Below are positions 19,981 to 29,385 of a stretch of 64,000 nt of DNA, in pieces. How positions within the stretch are numbered: position 1 is the stretch's first letter; each line of letters opens with the position of its first letter. Position numbers and translations under genes: made by a program. Origin of the DNA: a bacterium (GTDB taxonomy: Bacteria; Bacteroidota; Ignavibacteria; UBA10030); NCBI GenBank assembly GCA_043803945.1, contig JAZDJN010000061.1, forward strand, positions 32,001 through 96,000, written 5' to 3'. The notes under the pieces were generated by a model that searched no databases, had not been told where the DNA came from, and saw nothing but the letters and a program-made list of their open reading frames with translations.

Positions 19981-20232
19981 TTATGCACCGACTGCTGCAG
20001 CAGATTTTTTCGCAGAGTCTTTCGCCTGTCGGTAAACAGTGATTGCCGAATCCGGGCACACCAGGGCACAGTTGATACAACCGGTGCAATTATCCTGGGC
20101 CAGTTCAGCGAAACGATATCCTTTAAGGTTAATTTTTCCCGAGAGGTGAAGACTGTTCTGGGGACATGCATTAATACAGAGCTCGCATCCTTTGCAAATC
20201 TCCACTTCAATTGCGACGGTACCACGGATCAT
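19981..20232 (-). CDS. 2x[4Fe-4S] delta subunit of the Vor-like enzyme
   Basis: CKGCELCINACP and CTGCINCALVCPDSAITVYR. Confidence 0.9.
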   Translation of the reverse strand: MIRGTVAIEVEICKGCELCINACPQNSLHLSGKINLKGYRFAELAQDNCTGCINCALVCPDSAITVYRQAKDSAKKSAAAVGA

Positions 20233-20298
20233 TGAGACTGTCCTTTCAATTGCCGATAAAAAATCAGTCTGACACTACGCGTTCTGAATAAGAATGTC

Positions 20299-20314
20299 GT
20301 CAAGTTTGATGCCA
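20299..20314 (-). promoter_or_regulatory. Putative sigma54 (-24/-12) promoter of the Vor-like operon
   Basis: TGGCATCAAACTTGAC; correct spacing, GA instead of GC at -13/-12. Confidence 0.5.
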
Positions 20315-20443
20315 TGGCAGAAATGGCATTCTAATGGATGAGAAAGCTGTTTTTTCATTAGAAAGGGCGATTCTATTACCAACTTTGGGAACGGCCAAAA
20401 TCGGCTTTCCTGATTCCAGAAACAGAATAAGAAAATCCCTCAA

Positions 20444-20998
20444 TCATAGGGATTGAGAAAGATTTCGGAGCAGATCCGATAACTGCCGATGGCAGTCTGG
20501 GCATAAATCGGACCTCTTGAGATCGATTTCCTCGACGTACGTTGATGAACGCATTACACATTCGAATTGACGGCAATGGTAGAGGCCGAAGGTATGGCCG
20601 AGCTCATGGATGATTTCCTTTTCGATGCGCTGAATCAACACTGGCCTGCTGGGAGGAATTCCGTAGAACTCATTCATTAAACGGTACATCGAAACGACCG
20701 CCATCGGTCCGTTCAATTGAGCTTCGCCGAAGACGAATGTCAGGACGGGAATAAAGAGATCGACATCGACCAGTGTGACAAGTTTATCTTTCTGGTTTGA
20801 GTACTTCCCCAATTGCTGGGCGAGGATGCCGGTGGAATTATACTGGCCACGCGAGGCATCGAAGACACGCTCGAGGTTGAGCGTTTCCTGAAGAAGTGTT
20901 GTTTGTACTGAAAACACATCGGCGATCCGCGACTCCAGCGGTTTGAGCTGCGCCTCGCTGATCGATGAAGCGTTGAGCATGTGGATCACGGGGATCAC
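20444..20998 (-). CDS. Archaemetzincin-family zinc metalloprotease
   Basis: RGQYNS, DLFIPVLTFVFGEA, HELGHTFGLYHC..CVM and CPDC; GTG start overlaps the upstream TAG by 1 nt. Confidence 0.9.
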   Translation of the reverse strand: MIPVIHMLNASSISEAQLKPLESRIADVFSVQTTLLQETLNLERVFDASRGQYNSTGILAQQLGKYSNQKDKLVTLVDVDLFIPVLTFVFGEAQLNGPMAVVSMYRLMNEFYGIPPSRPVLIQRIEKEIIHELGHTFGLYHCRQFECVMRSSTYVEEIDLKRSDLCPDCHRQLSDLLRNLSQSL

Positions 20999-22341
20999 TA
21001 CGGTCGCTTCAACCCGTATTTTTCGATCTTATTATATAATGTGACCCGATCGATTTGCAGGATTTCCGCTGACCGGGTAATATTCCAATTATTCTGTTGA
21101 AGGATCATAGAGATATGCGCCTTCTCCATAGAGGCAAGTGATCCGGCCGGAAGAATGTGGTTCTTCTCGTGCAATTGGAAGGGAAGATCTTCCGGTTTCA
21201 TGGTGGGAGGTTTCCCTACGACCATCGCGCGCTCGATAACATTCTCCAGCTCGCGCACATTCCCAGGCCAGTTGTACCGGATGATGGAATCCATCGCTTC
21301 CGACGAGATGCTTTGGATCTGTTTATTCATCGAGCGGGCGTACTTCCTGAGGAAATAATTGGCCAGCAGAGGGATATCCCCTTTGCGCTCGCGCAGCGGC
21401 GGGATGATAATCGTAAAGACATTCAACCGGTAGTAGAGATCTTCGCGGAAGAGTTTTTGTTCGACAGCTTCTTCGAGATCCCTGTTCGTCGCGCAGATGA
21501 TTCTAAAGTCGACCTTGATGATCTCATTGCCGCCGACGCGGCTGAATTGCTTTGTTTCAATGGCTCGCAACAGATCCATCTGGGTTTTCGGATGGATATT
21601 CCCTACTTCATCGAGAAAGAGCGATCCTCCATCGGCAAGCTCGAGTTTTCCTTTGCGGCGGTACTGGGCACCGGTAAAGGCACCACGCTCGTGCCCGAAG
21701 ATTTCACTCTCCAATATTCCCTCAGCCATACCGCCACAATTCACGGCCACAATCGGGAAATACTTCCGATCGCTGTTACTATGAATCGCGCGGGCAATCA
21801 ATTCTTTTCCGGTGCCGCTTTCTCCTCGAATCATGACCGTTGTATCGGTTTTGGCAACCGTCGAAATCAGATTGAAGACATTTTGCATTTGCAGCGACTC
21901 ACCGATAATCTCATCAGCTTTACAGAACTCGGAAATCTGTTCTTTCAGCTTGACGTTCTCGGAAGCCAGCATCCGTTGCTTGAGCGCGTTGGTTACAAGA
22001 TGGGAAAGGTGATCGGGATCGACAGGTTTCGTGACATAATCGAAGGCTCCGGCCTTCAATGCCTGCACGGCAGTATCGACTGTTGCATGGGCGGTAATGA
22101 AAATGACCGCGGCATTCGTGTCAATTTCCCGGATATGGGTATGCAATTCCATTCCATCCATGCCGGGCATTTTAATATCGAGCAGAATGATATCCCATTT
22201 CTGGGCCTGGAGTTGTTTGATCGCTTCAGCAGCGTTTTCAGCAGATTTGAGAGTATACCCATCTTCACGAAACCACTTCGTTAACGAATCCCTCACCACC
22301 TGTTCATCATCTACGATCAGTATCGATGGTACAGATTTCAT
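20998..22341 (-). CDS. Sigma54-dependent response regulator (NtrC/AtoC family)
   Basis: Receiver (VDDE, LDIKMPG, KP), GESGTGKE, GAFTGA, WPGNVRELEN and Fis-type HTH. Start MKSVPS at 22341 after AGGAG. Confidence 0.95.
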   Translation of the reverse strand: MKSVPSILIVDDEQVVRDSLTKWFREDGYTLKSAENAAEAIKQLQAQKWDIILLDIKMPGMDGMELHTHIREIDTNAAVIFITAHATVDTAVQALKAGAFDYVTKPVDPDHLSHLVTNALKQRMLASENVKLKEQISEFCKADEIIGESLQMQNVFNLISTVAKTDTTVMIRGESGTGKELIARAIHSNSDRKYFPIVAVNCGGMAEGILESEIFGHERGAFTGAQYRRKGKLELADGGSLFLDEVGNIHPKTQMDLLRAIETKQFSRVGGNEIIKVDFRIICATNRDLEEAVEQKLFREDLYYRLNVFTIIIPPLRERKGDIPLLANYFLRKYARSMNKQIQSISSEAMDSIIRYNWPGNVRELENVIERAMVVGKPPTMKPEDLPFQLHEKNHILPAGSLASMEKAHISMILQQNNWNITRSAEILQIDRVTLYNKIEKYGLKRP

Positions 22342-22354
22342 ATGGCTCCTTATA

Positions 22355-24004
22355 TTAATCGAGAGAGGAAAACTTTTTGTCTTCGTCTTTCTTGTTAATG
22401 GAAGATTGATCAACGGACCGTCGATAGGTCGGGAAGACCAATATCACGGTGGTCCCTTTCCCAACTTCCGACTCGACGGAAATTTTGCCTCCATGGCGTT
22501 CCATGATGCCATACACGACTGAGAGCCCCAAGCCGACACCCTGACCATCGACCTTTGACGTGAAGAAGGGTTCAAAAACCTTCGCCCGGTCTTCCTCCAA
22601 GATCCCAACGCCAGTGTCATGGATGTTGATGGTACAAAACTCCTCGTTCTCATCGATAGTCACAGTCACCGATAGTCTGCCCCCATCGGGCATTGCTTCC
22701 ACAGCGTTGACGAAGAGTGCTACCAATGCCTGTTGAATTTGATTCTCATCGCAGAGAAGGGGCACTTCTTTCGGAGGATATGTTGTCGAAAATTTTACAT
22801 TAGAAATTTGCAGGTGATGACGCACAAGCTGTTCCGCTTTTTCTACAATACGTTGTACGGGCGCGGCTGTTAGTTCGCCGATCTGCCGTTTCGAGAACAG
22901 AAGCAAATTATTCACAATCGTTCCGCATCGATCGGTCTCGCGTCGTATCAACTCGATGTCCTCGAGTGTATTTATTATCTCCGGTGTTAACTGTTCCTGC
23001 TTTTGAAGGCGGCGGGCAATCAGTTTTGCGTACGTTAAAATTCCTTCCAGCGGATTATTGATTTCGTGAGCAACCGTCGCCGCCAGCTTCCCCAGCGAGA
23101 CCATCTTCTCGATCTGAACGATCTGATCATGCATTTTGGTGATCTGCCCTGTTTTCTCCTGAACGCGCTGCTCGAGGGTATTTGCCCATTCCAGATTTTT
23201 TTCTTCTGCGGCACGCAAGGAATCCATCATGTTGTTGAAGGATGTGGCAAAACGGCCGATCTCATCCTTTCCACCGATCGGGATCCGAAAATCGATATCG
23301 CCGGATGAAATTCTCTGTGTACCCTCCATCAGCTCTTTCACCGGCCGGAGAATTGTGATATTGAGAAACAGAACAGAAAGCATGGCAATGCCGAAGGTGA
23401 GGACAATGGTGACGATGATAATCTGGGTCTGCGTTTCTGCAAGGCTCTTATCCACCTCCGCGAGCGACATGCGAACATCGAGCACACCGATGATTTTCCG
23501 TTGTTCGGGGCTCGGGTGGCAACTTGCTCCGGCGCAGTTCGGTTCATTCTTGATGGGATTGATGAGGCCAAGGAGGCGTTGCCCGTCGCTGCGTGAATAA
23601 ATTCTGACACGGCTGGGCGCCGGTACCGACTCGAGTGGTTTTTCCTGATCGTGACAACCGTAACACGCCTCAGCTTTTAGGTCGACACTCTTGCCTTTCT
23701 CTGTGCTATCCGTGGAAAACCGTATCTCACCCCGCTTATTATATATCCGAATTCCTTCCACACCAATCTGGCCTCCGATCGTATTCATAATTTGATAGAC
23801 ATCTTCTTTTCTGTTGAGAAGCATGCTATAGTGCGTTGAGCTTTGAATGAAATCGCTCACCCTGGTGGCACTTCCGAGAATTTGCGCCATCATTCTGTCA
23901 CGATAGAAATTGATAAAGTAGTATGAATAAACTCCGAAGAGAATGACGAGGAGAAAGAGAGAGCCGATGATAAGCCGACCGCGTAATGTTTGAATCCAGC
24001 GCAT
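22355..24004 (-). CDS. Membrane sensor histidine kinase with periplasmic heme-c motifs and HAMP domain
   Basis: Two TM helices; CYGCH and CAGASCH; HAMP; H-box AHEINNPL; NAVEAM, DTGVGI and GVGLGLS. Confidence 0.9.
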   Translation of the reverse strand: MRWIQTLRGRLIIGSLFLLVILFGVYSYYFINFYRDRMMAQILGSATRVSDFIQSSTHYSMLLNRKEDVYQIMNTIGGQIGVEGIRIYNKRGEIRFSTDSTEKGKSVDLKAEACYGCHDQEKPLESVPAPSRVRIYSRSDGQRLLGLINPIKNEPNCAGASCHPSPEQRKIIGVLDVRMSLAEVDKSLAETQTQIIIVTIVLTFGIAMLSVLFLNITILRPVKELMEGTQRISSGDIDFRIPIGGKDEIGRFATSFNNMMDSLRAAEEKNLEWANTLEQRVQEKTGQITKMHDQIVQIEKMVSLGKLAATVAHEINNPLEGILTYAKLIARRLQKQEQLTPEIINTLEDIELIRRETDRCGTIVNNLLLFSKRQIGELTAAPVQRIVEKAEQLVRHHLQISNVKFSTTYPPKEVPLLCDENQIQQALVALFVNAVEAMPDGGRLSVTVTIDENEEFCTINIHDTGVGILEEDRAKVFEPFFTSKVDGQGVGLGLSVVYGIMERHGGKISVESEVGKGTTVILVFPTYRRSVDQSSINKKDEDKKFSSLD

Positions 24005-24027
24005 ATACGAGTTTCCGAATCGATTTT

Positions 24028-24043
24028 GTCAGAAACCGTGCCA
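24028..24043 (-). promoter_or_regulatory. Putative sigma54 promoter for the kinase/regulator/protease operon
   Basis: TGGCACGGTTTCTGAC; correct spacing to the G at -13, GA at -13/-12. Confidence 0.45.
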
Positions 24044-24156
24044 GATACAAACTGTGGAATAATTAAACAATTCAAAGAATCGGAACCTCAAATATGCAGT
24101 TCTAAGAATCAAAATCGGTAAAATTGCTAATGATAGGAAGTGAGGAGTGGAGATTC

Positions 24157-24186
24157 TGATTTTGAAAATCACATAATTATGATTTT
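24157..24186. promoter_or_regulatory. Overlapping inverted repeats, candidate regulator-binding site
   Basis: TGATTTT-G-AAAATCA-CATAATTA-TGATTTT. Confidence 0.35.
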
Positions 24187-24358
24187 TATCCTTCATTTAT
24201 ACAGAATGTGGAGAAGCAGAATGGGATTAGGAGAGCCAAAGATAATGGTGAAGGAGTAGTCCTTGGATTGAATCACAATTATCTTCTAATGAGGGGGGTA
24301 CTCTAAGGCGGAACAACATCCGGGGCAATGAACGATCTCAACCTCGAATGTCTAAAGA

Positions 24359-25174
24359 TTATTGGATATGGAACTTTAGAAAGACCTCGCTTAGGGCCTG
24401 GCAATATTTCTTTGGGCCAAGAATTTCAGATACTTTATCGATCAGCATACCCCCGTCGGCCATCGTCATTCCTGCACGCGTCTGGCGCTTAGAAAGATAA
24501 CTCACAACGAGATCATTGAATTGCTTAGCATCTTCTCTATACAGGTCTGTGGCGCTTTCGGGACTGAGAAATCGTGACCGTTCATATCCCTCTTTCGAAC
24601 TATCTATATTAAAAAGCCATCCTTCCCCCCAGGCATCTTTTAAAAGCAGATGAGGATTCTTTTTCAGCATTGCATTCGTTGCGACAACCTTTCCCCGGAT
24701 TGGAGAGAAGAGTGGCAGAGTGCCACCCTCTATCACGATCCAACAACAGATTTTATCTTGTGTCAATTGCTCTCCAATGGATGGAAGGATAATAGCTCGA
24801 GGTGAGAGAAGTTTTGAGACAATTCCACTTTCCAAACCAACGATGACCATCTTATGCCCTTCTTCTTTCAACCACATATGCCGAGTATCGTACAGTATGC
24901 CTGCTCGAAGCGTATGCTCTTCTATTGGCGAGGTCGGTTCTTGACGGCTGACAGTTTGTTGGGAATTTTCTTGCGATGTAAGCTCCCCTCGCAGCGCTCG
25001 ATCTAACGGACAGCGCTCGCATTCAAAATTGCGCTCACAGAGCTGATACGAGAGAATACCGGCAGTCATCCAAACACAACGGATCTCATCAGATGGCACA
25101 ATCGGGTGTTTTCCTCTATGGCTGAGATCGCCCATGGAGACACCTTGTTCAGCGTGATCCTGCTCAGTCATCAT
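24359..25174 (-). CDS. GcvH-like protein (no lipoyl-Lys) with N-terminal four-Cys motif
   Basis: CVWMTAG..YQLCERNFECERCPLD; H-protein core RHMWL..SPIRGKVVATN..DAWGEGWL; C-terminal MADGG. Confidence 0.8.
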   Translation of the reverse strand: MMTEQDHAEQGVSMGDLSHRGKHPIVPSDEIRCVWMTAGILSYQLCERNFECERCPLDRALRGELTSQENSQQTVSRQEPTSPIEEHTLRAGILYDTRHMWLKEEGHKMVIVGLESGIVSKLLSPRAIILPSIGEQLTQDKICCWIVIEGGTLPLFSPIRGKVVATNAMLKKNPHLLLKDAWGEGWLFNIDSSKEGYERSRFLSPESATDLYREDAKQFNDLVVSYLSKRQTRAGMTMADGGMLIDKVSEILGPKKYCQALSEVFLKFHIQ

Positions 25175-25227
25175 TCACTCCTCTCAAGCTTCTATAAATC
25201 CCCCGACAACATTGTCCTCGAACCTCC

Positions 25228-25944
25228 TCACAAAGATGATGCATCATCGGCATCCGGAACGTCGAGGAGGAATTCTGATGCTATTTCGTGCCATTTGTCT
25301 TGAGAAAGGTTCTTGGCAATACCGAGAACAGGGATTCCTCCGTCCTGAAGAACCATTCCGATATTCCCGCTGCTACGGGCGCGTAACGTGTCCACTGTTT
25401 GCTCCATCCAAGCGCGAGCCAATTTACCCGAGAGAAGATTCGTCACATCATTCTGTAGACCCACCGGACGAATCTTCATGAGCCATCCCTTCTCATAAGG
25501 ATCATCGTTGACAACCTTCGGCGACGCTTGGACTTTTTCATTAACGGCGACTACGCATCCGCTAACCGGCGATCTCATTGGAATAGACTTTGACTCAACT
25601 ATGATATCCCAAGCTCTCTTCCCCTGCTGGATATGCTCCCCAAGCCTGGGAAGATGAATCGTATGCATCTCGCCGATAAGTTTCTGAGCAAAATCGTCCA
25701 TTCCAATGACGACAGTCTCCTTATCCTCTACACGCGCCCAACTGTGGCCTTGATGGAAATACAGACCGTCAACGATCCGAAACCACGGTCGCGACACTGG
25801 CGGCTCGGGAGATACTCTCCCTACTGGAGGAACCGAAGTCTTATTGAGGAATTTCCAGAAGGCAACCAGGGTCAGTAAGAAACCGATCACAAGGAGATAC
25901 TCAATCCCCTTAGTCGCAAATATATCTACATATTGATTACCCAT
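25228..25944 (-). CDS. Membrane-anchored GcvH-like protein (no canonical lipoyl-Lys)
   Basis: N-terminal TM; YFHQGHSWA, IGMDDFAQKLIG, SPVSG..VN and DPYEKGWL; LQDGG. Confidence 0.85.
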   Translation of the reverse strand: MGNQYVDIFATKGIEYLLVIGFLLTLVAFWKFLNKTSVPPVGRVSPEPPVSRPWFRIVDGLYFHQGHSWARVEDKETVVIGMDDFAQKLIGEMHTIHLPRLGEHIQQGKRAWDIIVESKSIPMRSPVSGCVVAVNEKVQASPKVVNDDPYEKGWLMKIRPVGLQNDVTNLLSGKLARAWMEQTVDTLRARSSGNIGMVLQDGGIPVLGIAKNLSQDKWHEIASEFLLDVPDADDASSL

Positions 25945-27233
25945 TGCTTTTCTGCTCCTTCTTTCGGTACAAACTTTGTTTCACGGGTCACTTCAGATCG
26001 CGAACGTGCCCAAGCCGGGGGATCGCTCAGGATCGGCATTCTGTTGACGATCCATCGAAGAACGATAATCTCGGCAACGACTACACCCAGTGTGATCTCG
26101 AGTTCCATCCATGAGGGAATATATCTCTCAATTGCATACCATTTGAAAGCGATGATCGAGACATTCAATCTATTTATAACAATTCCTATGAGTGTCACAA
26201 CAGCCGCAATTCGGATCAACGACAAATTGCGGAATCGCACCGCTTGAGTATAGAGACGCACGGGAATCAGGACGAATCCCACAACCTCAACAAGGAACCA
26301 CCATCCCATCGGCGTATTAATGTAATTCCACTGTTGCCCATGGATAAACACAAGGACTTTCAGGAAGAAGTAGATATACATTGTTCCCGCACACACCCGT
26401 GCCAGACCGATCACGATGTCGTCGTGCTCCAAACGATGTTGAGGACTGATTTGTTTTCTGAATACCTTCTGACTGATTGATCCTTCGAAAATGACCATGG
26501 ACAACCCAGCAAAAATGCTGGAAACGAAAAAGAGGATCGGTATGAATTCGGAGTACCAGAGGGGATGGATTTTGCTCTTCGCCATCAGGAACAGGGCACC
26601 AAGACCGGATTGATGCAACGTAGAGAGTGTGATCCCAAAAATGACGGCACCGAGGGTCAATCCGCCAAGGAACTTCCGAATCCGTTTCCATCCCAGCCAT
26701 TCGGCGATTGCCGGAGAGAATTCGACGAACTCAGCTATCATATACAGCATGAAGTGCCACGCAACAAGAAACATCACCGAACTCACACCAAACGAATTGC
26801 CAATAATGGGATTTATGACGTTCCACGGGCGTCCCAGGTCAAACAGGAGCGCACCCGCGTAGAAGACGTAGGCCAGGAAACCGTTCAGAACGGTTATGCG
26901 CACGATCGGATGGTACTTCTCGAGGCGAAGGATGTAGACCATAAATGTCACAACATACGCTCCGCCTGCGAAAGCAACACCTGTGATGACGTCAAACCCG
27001 ATCCAAATTCCCCAGGGGAAGTCCTGAGAAAGGTTGGTGGTCGATGCGAGCCCTTTGGTGAACCGTATCACGAGAAGAACCGCCGCTGTCGCGAGCACAA
27101 CAGCAGCGAACAGGTTGAACGGAGTCAACAGCTTTCCTTTCGGTTTCATTTCACTCTTGAGAAAGCTACCGAACCGTTTGGTTTCAGAGATCAGGAGAGA
27201 CCACTTATTCTCATTGTCCGTCTGGTGTTCCAT
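25926..27233 (-). CDS. NrfD/PsrC-family integral membrane subunit (HybB/HmcC-like)
   Basis: PWGIWIGFDV, DLGRPWN, LSTLHQSGLG, IHPLWY and NRLNVS; about 10 TM segments. Confidence 0.9.
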   Translation of the reverse strand: MEHQTDNENKWSLLISETKRFGSFLKSEMKPKGKLLTPFNLFAAVVLATAAVLLVIRFTKGLASTTNLSQDFPWGIWIGFDVITGVAFAGGAYVVTFMVYILRLEKYHPIVRITVLNGFLAYVFYAGALLFDLGRPWNVINPIIGNSFGVSSVMFLVAWHFMLYMIAEFVEFSPAIAEWLGWKRIRKFLGGLTLGAVIFGITLSTLHQSGLGALFLMAKSKIHPLWYSEFIPILFFVSSIFAGLSMVIFEGSISQKVFRKQISPQHRLEHDDIVIGLARVCAGTMYIYFFLKVLVFIHGQQWNYINTPMGWWFLVEVVGFVLIPVRLYTQAVRFRNLSLIRIAAVVTLIGIVINRLNVSIIAFKWYAIERYIPSWMELEITLGVVVAEIIVLRWIVNRMPILSDPPAWARSRSEVTRETKFVPKEGAEKQWVINM

Positions 27234-28080
27234 AGAATTCCTGGTCGCTTTCTTTTTTGGTTGCGTTGCTTAGGCCAAGCAGGAACGCCGGCCACAGAGT
27301 GAGTACCACGGGCACTGCGTAGAGATAGTCTTTGCTGAGTTCCGGATACGGGATTGTTCCCAGGTCAGTCCGAAATCCGAGTTGCCCAAACGGAACACTG
27401 GCAAGATACATGTAGCTTGTCCCTCCAGCCTCATCCTCGCCGTATATGTGGTGTGCATAGGTTGACGGATTGTTCGCGATGAGAGCTCTCCCCGTCTCTA
27501 TCAACTCCCTGCGGTTTCCGAATTTAATTGCCTCAGCCGGGCAAGCATCTGCACAGGCCGGACTCTTGCCTTCTTCGAGCCGATCCCAGCAGAGATTGCA
27601 TTTTTGAATCTTCGGAATCGCGCTGTCATACTCAAACTTGGGAACGTCGAAGGGGCAGGAAAGCATACAGAAGCGGCAACCCATGCATTTATCCTCACGC
27701 CATATGACCGGTCCTTCCTCGGTCTTCAACATCGCTTTTGTAAGGCACGCTGAGGCACAGGCAGGTTGATTACAATGCATGCATTGCTTTTTGACAAACA
27801 TCTCCCCTTTGTCTGTTTGAAAGCGATTGACCACAGACCACTGGATCGTCGACAGCGACCTTTCTTTCTTGAACACCTCGGGATTGGAATCGGGTTCGGG
27901 GAATCCGTGAGCTTCCGCGCAGGCGAGCTCGCAGCTTCGGCACCCGACACAACGCGTGGTATCAACGAGTACTCCGATGAATTCCTTATTCTCCGATCTA
28001 TTTTCAGCCTCCGCGCGATCTACCCCAAGTACCGCTACTCCTACTCCGCTCAGTGTTTTGACAAAGTTCCTTCGATTCAT
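27211..28080 (-). CDS. Tat-exported 4x[4Fe-4S] subunit (HybA/HmcB-like)
   Basis: NRRNFVK Tat motif; CVGCRSCELAC, CMHCNQPACASAC, CMGCRFCMLSCP and KCNLC..CADACP; C-terminal TM. Confidence 0.9.
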   Translation of the reverse strand: MNRRNFVKTLSGVGVAVLGVDRAEAENRSENKEFIGVLVDTTRCVGCRSCELACAEAHGFPEPDSNPEVFKKERSLSTIQWSVVNRFQTDKGEMFVKKQCMHCNQPACASACLTKAMLKTEEGPVIWREDKCMGCRFCMLSCPFDVPKFEYDSAIPKIQKCNLCWDRLEEGKSPACADACPAEAIKFGNRRELIETGRALIANNPSTYAHHIYGEDEAGGTSYMYLASVPFGQLGFRTDLGTIPYPELSKDYLYAVPVVLTLWPAFLLGLSNATKKESDQEFYGTPDGQ

Positions 28081-28159
28081 GGATTCCTCTAGCTTAGGTG
28101 TACGGCTGCTCGGCTACTGGATGATCAGTACCGTTCTAATTACCTCACTGGAACCAGCA

Positions 28160-29308
28160 CTAGCGCCTGAAAAACTTGCTGACGACGATATTCCATTCAC
28201 GGTCTTCCAACTTCCCCATTTGCCCGGAATGCAGAGAGTCATTACTCCCGTTTCCTCCACCATTTGGTCGACCGACGGATTTGATGAAGTGGTCAATTTC
28301 TGTTTGGAAGAAGCTCACCGCTGTCTTGCCGATCTTGAGTTTCGAGAGCTCTGCGTCGAAGTTCTCTGCGTCAACGACACAAATCCAGTTTCTGCCGTAC
28401 GGAGTGATCTCCAGCGCCTCAAGGTGTTCACCGAGATACTTGTTGATCTTCGTGACGCGGCCGCTGACAGGAGCTTGGAACGGGATCATTCGATGTCCGC
28501 ATCGTATAGAGAAGAGGGGCTGCCCGGCGTTCACAGTCATCCCAAGATTCGGGAACTCGATATCATCGATTCGCCCAAGCAGTTTCTTGGCAAAATCATC
28601 GACGCCGATCTTGACACCTCCATCCGATTCCATCGTGAGCCAACAATGACCTTCGGAGATGAACGCTCCCCCCGGAATAGCGAACTCGGCAGTCGGGAAG
28701 TATCCCATTTCCGTCACGTGGCTGACATGCACCCTGGGTTTCAGCTCGCTGTTAATTCTCTCCTGACGTCGGAAGAGGAATTTCTTCACCAACTCTATCA
28801 GTTCGTTCTCCGTGAAAGGCTTCTGAACATAATCCATCGCCCCATGTTTCATACACTCCACGGCCGATTGTACAGTTGCATATCCCGTCACGATAATGAC
28901 ATCGATATCGGGGCGTAGATGCTTCACGGACTTCGCTACCTCCTCGCCAGTCATTCCAGGCATCTTCAGATCCGTGAAAAGAAAATCATAGTGATGCTGC
29001 TGGATGAGACCGAGAGCTTCAGAACCAGTTTCGACTGTATCAATGGAATAGCCGTCGAGAACGAGAATCTTTCGAAAACTGTCGAGAATGACAGATTCAT
29101 CGTCCACACAGAGAATCCGAGCTTTCGGATTCTGCACTTCGGCGCGTTTCAACGATTTCGCCTCCCGGCTGAAGTCGAGCCTCAAGCTAACCGCCAAGGC
29201 AGCCTCCCGCTCCTCCCTCAGCTTTTTTTCCTTCATTTTCTTTAACGTGATGCGAAGCAGAAAGTCAGCTACAACAAAGATGATAAGAGCGAGAATGAAC
29301 AATGGCAT
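28160..29308 (-). CDS. Membrane-anchored response regulator receiver fused to a GcvH-like domain
   Basis: Start MPLFIL after AGGAGGT; TM; receiver VDDE..TDLKMPG..TGY..KPF; then GHCWL..IGVDDFAKKLLG..APVSGRV..PYGRNWI. Confidence 0.85.
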   Translation of the reverse strand: MPLFILALIIFVVADFLLRITLKKMKEKKLREEREAALAVSLRLDFSREAKSLKRAEVQNPKARILCVDDESVILDSFRKILVLDGYSIDTVETGSEALGLIQQHHYDFLFTDLKMPGMTGEEVAKSVKHLRPDIDVIIVTGYATVQSAVECMKHGAMDYVQKPFTENELIELVKKFLFRRQERINSELKPRVHVSHVTEMGYFPTAEFAIPGGAFISEGHCWLTMESDGGVKIGVDDFAKKLLGRIDDIEFPNLGMTVNAGQPLFSIRCGHRMIPFQAPVSGRVTKINKYLGEHLEALEITPYGRNWICVVDAENFDAELSKLKIGKTAVSFFQTEIDHFIKSVGRPNGGGNGSNDSLHSGQMGKLEDREWNIVVSKFFRR

Positions 29309-29385
29309 GACGTACCTCCTTTGAACATAATGATCTGCACACAATGTGCTCGACCAGCAGGAATATTATCTTTTAATTTACGTTT

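Noticed and set aside
21157-22284. 375-aa plus-strand ORF
   Set aside because: Antisense shadow of the NtrC-family gene, with no recognisable motifs.
27956-28918. 320-aa plus-strand ORF, and other long antisense ORFs (1525-2292, 10542-11309, 26565-27302)
   Set aside because: They lie opposite well-supported genes and show no motifs or RBS.
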